This document shows, one piece after another, positions 1 to 6,135 of a stretch of DNA of 64,000 bases. Origin of the DNA: Candidatus Fermentibacterota bacterium (GTDB lineage: Bacteria > Fermentibacterota > Fermentibacteria > Fermentibacterales > JCC-6); contig CAWJQI010000001.1 in the NCBI GenBank assembly GCA_963845085.1, positions 288,001 through 352,000 of the forward strand, given 5' to 3'. The position numbers and the translations under genes are program-made. Position 1 is the first letter of the stretch, and every line of letters begins with the position of its first letter. Below the pieces are notes generated by a model. It saw only the letters and a program-made list of their open reading frames with translations. It did not search any database and had not been told where the DNA came from.

Positions 1-987
1 CTCCAGTGTCTCCACGAAGGCCTGAAGCCTGACCCTGGTGCGCTCCCTCTCGCCCGGGGAGTTGTCTCCGTTCAGAACGAGCACCGGGATCGAAAGGCAT
101 TCCTTGAAACGCTGCTTCTCGGTATGCCACAGGTCGCAGAAGGACAGGCTTTTAAGAACAAGCCCGTGGCACCCGCCAAGTGCCGTTGTCTCATTGATCC
201 ATCTGAAGGTGTCAGAGTTGGGGCGGTTCCGGATGCAGAGCGTGTCGGCGAACGAGGCCAGAGCAAGGTCTTCCGGTGAACCGCTCCCGGGATGCGTTGA
301 CGGAAGGCCGGAAAGCCCTGTGCAGCCCAGCGGAAGGTAACCCGCCCCAAGGCCCTGAAGGGTCGCGGGAACGGTGTCATCCCCAAGCGTGACAACGCTT
401 CCGGTCACGGCGACTCGAACCCCCGGAGAAAAACCCACGGTGCCGTCCGCCGGCAAAAGGGCGTGTTCCGTATGAAAGCCGAGGAAGAGCCTGTGAAGAT
501 CGAGCGGCGGTACGGACCAGGAAAGGGCGGCCTTACGAAGACGTTCGGCCGAGTCGATCCTTGCAAGCTCCCATGCAAGAGCGGCTGCGGGGTCGTAGCG
601 GGATGCCAGCCCGGCATCGATCAGCCGATCCACCAGGTGGGCGATCGATGACGCGAACCACGCCGCAGACTCACGGGAACGGGTGGCGGGAAGCTGGAAC
701 TGGAATACCGGCTTCCCGCTGATCCGCTCCAGCTCCTGGAACAGCCTCCTTGTCATGTCGCAGGTGTACATGCCGGCCCACGCATCAACCGAGCCGGCCG
801 CACCGAAGCCCGATACCGCCTCTCCGAGAATCGACTTCACGAAGGGGCACAGGTCGGGCCTTACAAGGGCTTCACCCGCCCTTTCGTCCTCTCCCCGCCA
901 GCCGGAGACGGCCCGCACCGGACGCATGCCGAGACCGCTTGCGACGGCCGGGGGAAATGCCCGGCAAAGGTAACCCAGGGAGTTTAT
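1..987 (-). CDS. 2-hydroxyacyl-CoA dehydratase family (HgdB/FldBC/double-cubane-type) subunit, runs off the left edge
   Basis: Absent from the ORF track because there is no stop in the window. Manual translation: NSLGYLCRAFPP...DLCPFVKS...MYTCDMTRR...RVAVTGS...KSLSFCDLWHTE...IPVLVL...RVRLQAFVETLE, the family Cys motifs and C-terminal signature. Start proposed at ATA 987 (see findings). Confidence 0.8.
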   Translation of the reverse strand, partial: MNSLGYLCRAFPPAVASGLGMRPVRAVSGWRGEDERAGEALVRPDLCPFVKSILGEAVSGFGAAGSVDAWAGMYTCDMTRRLFQELERISGKPVFQFQLPATRSRESAAWFASSIAHLVDRLIDAGLASRYDPAAALAWELARIDSAERLRKAALSWSVPPLDLHRLFLGFHTEHALLPADGTVGFSPGVRVAVTGSVVTLGDDTVPATLQGLGAGYLPLGCTGLSGLPSTHPGSGSPEDLALASFADTLCIRNRPNSDTFRWINETTALGGCHGLVLKSLSFCDLWHTEKQRFKECLSIPVLVLNGDNSPGERERTRVRLQAFVETLE

Positions 988-1790
988 ACGTCCTCCTTGA
1001 CCGCCACGAACCTGCCCCTTCCGAAGGCGCCCTCACGGGCCTTTTCGAGCATGAAGCCGAACTCCGAACCCAGGAAGTTGAACACATCGGTGTTCCAGCC
1101 GAGGATCTGCATGGCGTCGAAATGCCTCTGGCCGGCGAGCTGCCCGAGGTAGTTGCCGATGTGGTCGGCGAAGTCGGCCGTGAGGTCGGACGATTCAATG
1201 ACCCTGAACCCGTTCTTTCTGAGCAGACTGCTGTAACATTCCATGCAGAGCATGTCGGGGAATTTCATCGTTGTACAGATCCGCCGGGCCGATTCGTCGT
1301 CCATTCCGGCCGGACCAATGAGCCAGTCGGTGAACGCGATCGTGCCACCGGGCTTCAGCACCCTTGCGGCCTCTTCGATGAGCCTGCCCTTGTCAACCAC
1401 GTAGCACCAGGCGTCCTCGCCCCAGACTCCGTCGAAACGGCAGTCGGGGTAGGGTATGGCCGTGACGTCCCCCAGTTTGACCTCGGTGCTTTCCCCGAGG
1501 CCGGCCTCGGAAAGCCTCCTCTTCGATTCCTCGACCATGTGCGGGGTGGCGTCCACACCGTACGCCCGCACACCGTATGTTCTTGCAAGGAAATGCATGC
1601 CCGCACCCAGCGCCGAGCACAGGTCTACCACCTCGTCACCCGGCTTCCAGCCGGCGGCGTCGCCGAGGGCCTTCGAGCTGGCGTATCCACCGATGTGGAT
1701 CTGCTCGCCCATAATGAGTTCCCAAAGCCTTCCCTCGAAGCCGCTGTAAACCTGCTTCACCTCTTCAAGGGTCATTCCTGTCTTCTTCAT
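984..1790 (-). CDS. Class I SAM-dependent methyltransferase (sarcosine/sterol/tocopherol MT-like)
   Basis: Motif I variant VVDLCSALGAG, GVDAT, GDVTAIPYPDCRFDGVW, RVLKPGG. ATG 1790 follows AAGGAG. Confidence 0.85.
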   Translation of the reverse strand: MKKTGMTLEEVKQVYSGFEGRLWELIMGEQIHIGGYASSKALGDAAGWKPGDEVVDLCSALGAGMHFLARTYGVRAYGVDATPHMVEESKRRLSEAGLGESTEVKLGDVTAIPYPDCRFDGVWGEDAWCYVVDKGRLIEEAARVLKPGGTIAFTDWLIGPAGMDDESARRICTTMKFPDMLCMECYSSLLRKNGFRVIESSDLTADFADHIGNYLGQLAGQRHFDAMQILGWNTDVFNFLGSEFGFMLEKAREGAFGRGRFVAVKEDV

Positions 1791-1972
1791 TCCGCTCTCC
1801 TTCCACATTGCCGGGTTTCCGGCGTTTTGTGGAGAGCGGGAAACGGATCAGGGAGATTCGGCCCGCGCTCCACCTGACGAGTGGCTCCCACGGAGCCTGA
1901 GTGGGGCGCTTCAGGTACGGTTGACGATTGAACGTGGCATCTGCCGATTCCCTTCGTTTCTTATCGGGCTAT
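1791..1972 (-). ncRNA. Candidate cis-regulatory leader RNA (riboswitch-like translational switch)
   Basis: Long interrupted outer stem, internal hairpins, anti-SD helix CCGCUCUCC/GGAGAGCGG and a competing 11/12-bp helix. No known family recognised by eye. Confidence 0.55.
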
Positions 1973-1978
1973 TCATGA

Positions 1979-2007
1979 AACTTACCCCGGGGAAACTTCC
2001 GGGTCAA
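1979..2007 (-). promoter_or_regulatory. sigma70-type promoter of the methyltransferase operon
   Basis: TTGACC-17 nt-TAAGTT on the minus strand. Confidence 0.6.
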
Positions 2008-2093
2008 GTGGACTATCTAACTTGACAAACACCTTTCGAGTTAGAATAACTGCATTGCTTCCGAAACATATCTCGATCAATTAGGAGGGGTTT

Positions 2094-2933
2094 ATGCAGT
2101 TAATCATGATTGCACTTTGTCTTGTCGGGTTCTCGGATGACGGGAACCTGAACAGCCCGGCTATCAACGACTGGTCGCCGGTCGACGCAAGCATCTCGTT
2201 CACGGTCCTTGACACCTGGAACATCACCTGGGCCGACCAGGTCCTCGGCCTGGCCACCTGGGAAACCGGCTCTTCGGTTAACATCCTCTACAGCGAGAGC
2301 TCGGGCATGGAGATCGGAAGCCTCAACCCCGCCACCGGCGCAACAGCGGGTTCCGCGCCCAAGCCGGCGGCCGCCGGGATGGGGTTCGGCATCGCCTTCA
2401 ACGACAACCTCACCACCCCCATCTATCACATCAACAGCTGGCAGTACAGCAACCTCTGGTACACCTCCGACAACTTCTCCACCTGGCAGACCGTTGCCAA
2501 CCCCTGCGCCACCGGCGGCCGCGGCATGTCCTACGACGGCGAGAACTACTGGCAGAGCAACAGCACAAGCCTTGTCCGCTTCGTTCCCAACGTGGGCGCC
2601 CAGACGTTCACGAACGCAGCCCCCACACAGATCTCCGGTGTGGCAGTGGTGCCGGGTGACAACCCCTCCTACACCTACGTCCTGATTACCACCTACAACA
2701 CCGACACCTTCATCCTTTACTCCTTCGACGGCACGAACCTCACGCAGGTCGCCACCGGAACACAGCCCTCCGGGCTGGGCAACTCGGCCCGCTACGGGCT
2801 CACCTGGAGCTACGACCGCGAATCCCTCTTCTTCGGCTACCCGATCAGCGGCGGTTATGCCATCAGCGAACTCGAGTTCGATGTGGTCTCCCTCACCCGC
2901 GACACCTGGGCGGGCATCAAGAGCGCTTTCTAG
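2094..2933 (+). CDS. Exported beta-rich (propeller-like) protein with C-terminal TWxxIKxxF tail
   Basis: AGGAGG RBS, short hydrophobic N-terminus, repeats such as GRGMSYDGENYW and YGLTWSYD; ends VVSLTRDTWAGIKSAF. Confidence 0.8.
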   Translation: MQLIMIALCLVGFSDDGNLNSPAINDWSPVDASISFTVLDTWNITWADQVLGLATWETGSSVNILYSESSGMEIGSLNPATGATAGSAPKPAAAGMGFGIAFNDNLTTPIYHINSWQYSNLWYTSDNFSTWQTVANPCATGGRGMSYDGENYWQSNSTSLVRFVPNVGAQTFTNAAPTQISGVAVVPGDNPSYTYVLITTYNTDTFILYSFDGTNLTQVATGTQPSGLGNSARYGLTWSYDRESLFFGYPISGGYAISELEFDVVSLTRDTWAGIKSAF

Positions 2934-2951
2934 ACTGCATCGGTGAATGAC

Positions 2952-2985
2952 GAGGGGCGGGTTTCATGCCCGCCCCTCTCTTATT
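2952..2985. terminator. Intrinsic terminator between convergent genes
   Basis: GAGGGGCGGG-tttcatg-CCCGCCCCTC followed by TCTTATT. Confidence 0.7.
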
Positions 2986-3000
2986 GCACTAAGGAACCTG

Positions 3001-3612
3001 CTACTTGGAGTAGAACTCCACGACGGCGCGTTCCTGTACTTCGATGGGCACATCCTCGCGCGCGGGGATGGCCTTTACGGTGATTTTTCTGTCCTGCGGG
3101 GCAGCTTCGAGGAACGAGGGCACCCCGATGCCGCTTCCGCCCGTTATGTGATCGACGACTATCTTGAGGTCACGGCTCTTCTGCTGAAGGGTGACCTGGT
3201 CGCCCACCTTCAGAAGGTAGCTGGCGATGTCCACGCGCTTTCCGTTGACCTGCACATGGCCGTGGTTGACAAGCTGCCTGGCCGCGGCGATCGTGGGGCT
3301 GAAGCCTCCGCGGGCGACGACGTTGTCAAGGCGGCGCTCGATCAGCTGAAGCAGGTTGACGCCTGTTTCTCCGGCCATCCTGCTGGCCTCCTGGTAGTAT
3401 GCCCGCAGCTGCTTCTCACTGAGGCCGTAGTTGAAGCGGATCTTCTGCTTCTCCTGAAGCTGGAGGCGGAATGTGGATACCCGCCTTCTCTTCTTCATGG
3501 CGCCCTGTTCGCCGGGTGTGTTCTGGTTCCTGGGCTCCTTGCGGACAAGACCAGGAAGCGGGGTTCCGAGAGCCCTGACCTTCTTCAGGCGGGCGCTTCT
3601 GAACCTTCCCAT
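3001..3612 (-). CDS. rpsD: 30S ribosomal protein S4
   Basis: LQEKQKIRFNYGLSEKQL, ERRLDNVV, ARQLVNHGHVQVNGKRVDIASY, VVEFYSK. Confidence 0.97.
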   Translation of the reverse strand: MGRFRSARLKKVRALGTPLPGLVRKEPRNQNTPGEQGAMKKRRRVSTFRLQLQEKQKIRFNYGLSEKQLRAYYQEASRMAGETGVNLLQLIERRLDNVVARGGFSPTIAAARQLVNHGHVQVNGKRVDIASYLLKVGDQVTLQQKSRDLKIVVDHITGGSGIGVPSFLEAAPQDRKITVKAIPAREDVPIEVQERAVVEFYSK

Positions 3613-3697
3613 TCTGTTGCTCCTTCTGTTTCAGGTTCTTCTGCGGCAGCATCAGCTCAAATATCTGCCGCAAGCTGCTTACTGGAAACGAGCCCGT

Positions 3698-3726
3698 AAC
3701 TTACATCAAAAGAAGGGGGCGGTCAA
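3698..3726 (-). promoter_or_regulatory. rpsD promoter overlapping the upstream terminator
   Basis: TTGACC-17 nt-(TG)TAAGTT. Confidence 0.6.
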
Positions 3727-3740
3727 GGTTGACCGCCCCC
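3708..3740 (-). terminator. Intrinsic terminator of the C25 peptidase gene
   Basis: GGGGGCGGTCAA-cc-TTGACCGCCCCC then TTCTTTT on the minus strand. Confidence 0.8.
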
Positions 3741-3755
3741 AATGGTGGGAAAGTG

Positions 3756-6005
3756 TCAGCGAACGACCACGCAGGAACGGGTGGCCGTGCCCTCGGGGGT
3801 CGAGAGCCTGTAGAAGTAGACCCCGCCGGGAACCTGTGTGCCCCTGGCATCGGTTCCGTCCCAGATGACGCTGTGGCTGCCCGCCGGAAGATCACCCTGC
3901 TGAAGGGTTCTCACAATCCTTCCGGACAGGTCGAACACCTGAAGGGAAACATGCCCGCCCGTGGTGGTGCCGAAGGCGATCGTGGTACCGGCTGCGATCG
4001 GGTTGGGGCTTGCCGTTGAAAGATGGAAGCCGGGAACGGTTGCTCCGGCTTCACCCTCGGTGCCGACGCCGGTGGGGACCATGACCTGGAGGGGGTAGAG
4101 GTTGTGGGCGGTCACGGTGAAGGTCACGTCATCCGAGCCGGGTGTTGTTGGGATGTTGAGCGTAATGAGACCCGAGGCGTCGGTGCGGCCGCTGGCGAGA
4201 ACAGTCGTGCCCTGGCAGAGCCCCACCATTGCGTTGCTCACGGGAGAGCCGCCGGCGGTGACGGTGACAGGGAATGCGCCGGTGCCGACCTCGGACGGGT
4301 GAGTTGCGCTGAGGTGGACCAGGGGGCCGGTGGTGGTGAAGATGTCATGCTCGGGCTCGCCCATGATCATGTGCATGTTGCTGTTGCTGGCGTTGCCCGT
4401 GTATTCGTAGGCCTTGATCTTGCCGTAGTCAAAAGCCTGCCCCATGTGGTACATGTCAAGCTGGAAGTAGCCCTTGAACTGGTAAAGCGCAAGGGAGTCG
4501 GTCGGGCCGACCGGGCTGTTCACCGTGGCGCCCATGAAGCCCACGGCACCCCTCGGGGTGGCGATGGAACCGCTCTTCAGCCAGGCCTCGCCGAAGCAGT
4601 CACTGCTTCCGCCGTCAGCGAACTGGCAGTTCACGCAGGCGATTGAGCTTACCCAGGGGAGCATCCTGCCGTTGGTCAGGGCGGCAACGTTGCTGTTGTT
4701 GAAGCCGGTGGTTCCCCAGCTGGTTCGGGAGCCGTGGCCGATGTAGCTGAACAGCGAAAGACCGCTGTTGATCTCGGCGGAAAGGAGGGCCACCGTGGGG
4801 TTGATGCCGCCGTAGGTGCCGGTGGGGCAGTACAGGGTGACGTCCATGTTGCCGTCGGTGGCCATGATCTGCATGTAGCGCCAGGACATGAGCGGATCCT
4901 GAAAGTCGCTCGAACCCACGCTTACCGCATACTGGAACCAGCTGGCGGCCGGCTCGTAGGGATCCGTCTCGTATGACCAGACCTTCCAGGAGACGTAGTT
5001 CAGTGTTGCGGTGTCGGCGCAGAGCCTTCCGACATGGATGCTGGGATCAACACCGGTGCCGATGACACCGTACTGGTTGTCGGAGGCGATGCTGCCGGCC
5101 CAGTAGGCGGGAACACCGGCCTCGTCACCGAGAAGCAGCACCCACTCGGGGGGGTTGCTCCAGGTGTTGAAGGCGTTCTCGATATACGTATTCACCGCGG
5201 CGGAAGTGTTGCCGATGTTTTCCATCAGGCCGATCTGGACATCGTAGCCCTTTTCCCGCTTCCACTGGATGAGGTCGGCGCAGAGGTCTACCGCAGACTG
5301 CGAACCTATGACCAGGTATGAGCCTTCAACGATCGCGTCGGTTTCCTGGAAGCCGAGGACCTCGCGGTAATAGGGAAGAAAACTGCGGGTGATGCCGGCA
5401 GGGACACGGAAGAGCTCGTTCTCGCCGGGTGTGCCGTCGCTCACGAGCCTGGCTGTGACGCTGGTGGTGACGATTGTCTGGCCGGTCACGGGGTTGACCT
5501 GCACCGGATTGAAGCAAACCCAGGCAACCCTGATGTCGCGCAGAATGCTTATGCTGTGAAGGGTGACAGGGCTGGCGGGGTAGAATTCACTTGTGCCGTA
5601 AACTTCAGCGTCAACCCTGAGGGGCTGCTCTGCACCGTTTCTCTCCTGGAAGGGCTGGAAGGGAAGAACGTTGTAGTTGCCCAGGGTGCTTGTCTCTGCG
5701 CTCACTATCTCGATGCTGATGCCGCCGGTAGCGGGGATCTGGACCATTTTTCTGATCACCGGCAGATCGGGGGTTCCGATCTCCGTGCCGTAACCGCCCT
5801 CGGGAACCCTGAACACCACACCCGAGCCATAGCCCTCGAGGCTGGCGTCGGTCGTGGTCAGGGCCTGCAGGTTGAAACGAACGAGCTGGCCGGAATCGGT
5901 GCCAAGGTACTCGGCGGCCTCAACGGGCTGGGGTGCGCGGTAAACAGTACCCCCCGATGCGAGAAACGCCAGCAGAAATACTGTAACGAGAAACAGTTTC
6001 ACCAC
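3756..6005 (-). CDS. Gingipain-like C25 cysteine peptidase: signal peptide, propeptide, catalytic domain, Ig-like domain, FlgD/T9SS-type CTD
   Basis: Propeptide GTPDLPVIRK; WKREKGY, LLLGD, SDNQY, VGRL; His in YIGHGS and Cys in SIACVN; CTD PNP...VFDLSGR...WDGTD...GVYFYRL. Confidence 0.9.
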   Translation of the reverse strand: MVKLFLVTVFLLAFLASGGTVYRAPQPVEAAEYLGTDSGQLVRFNLQALTTTDASLEGYGSGVVFRVPEGGYGTEIGTPDLPVIRKMVQIPATGGISIEIVSAETSTLGNYNVLPFQPFQERNGAEQPLRVDAEVYGTSEFYPASPVTLHSISILRDIRVAWVCFNPVQVNPVTGQTIVTTSVTARLVSDGTPGENELFRVPAGITRSFLPYYREVLGFQETDAIVEGSYLVIGSQSAVDLCADLIQWKREKGYDVQIGLMENIGNTSAAVNTYIENAFNTWSNPPEWVLLLGDEAGVPAYWAGSIASDNQYGVIGTGVDPSIHVGRLCADTATLNYVSWKVWSYETDPYEPAASWFQYAVSVGSSDFQDPLMSWRYMQIMATDGNMDVTLYCPTGTYGGINPTVALLSAEINSGLSLFSYIGHGSRTSWGTTGFNNSNVAALTNGRMLPWVSSIACVNCQFADGGSSDCFGEAWLKSGSIATPRGAVGFMGATVNSPVGPTDSLALYQFKGYFQLDMYHMGQAFDYGKIKAYEYTGNASNSNMHMIMGEPEHDIFTTTGPLVHLSATHPSEVGTGAFPVTVTAGGSPVSNAMVGLCQGTTVLASGRTDASGLITLNIPTTPGSDDVTFTVTAHNLYPLQVMVPTGVGTEGEAGATVPGFHLSTASPNPIAAGTTIAFGTTTGGHVSLQVFDLSGRIVRTLQQGDLPAGSHSVIWDGTDARGTQVPGGVYFYRLSTPEGTATRSCVVVR

Positions 6006-6058
6006 TTACCTCCGATTCGAGAATACCGATGAACAGGATTAAGACTCACCTTATGCAA

Positions 6059-6087
6059 AAGTTACAAACCTTTTACCCGCAAGTCAA
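6059..6087 (-). promoter_or_regulatory. Promoter of the C25 peptidase gene
   Basis: TTGACT-17 nt-(TG)TAACTT. Confidence 0.6.
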
Positions 6088-6135
6088 TAAGAAGTTTCAG
6101 GAACTCCCCGGCCGCGCATCCCAACGCAAAGCGCT

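Noticed and set aside
1862..1876. AGGUGGAGCGCG resembling a T-box antiterminator
   Set aside because: The bulge is not UGGNACC and no Stem I AG/GNUG motifs or specifier loop are visible. Kept only as an alternative to test.
1873..1900. CTGACGA on the plus strand resembling a hammerhead ribozyme core
   Set aside because: The following hairpin is not followed by the required GAAA.
2022..2047. TTGACA...TAGAAT promoter for the 2094 gene
   Set aside because: The spacer is only 14 nt, so it is not reported as a sigma70 promoter.
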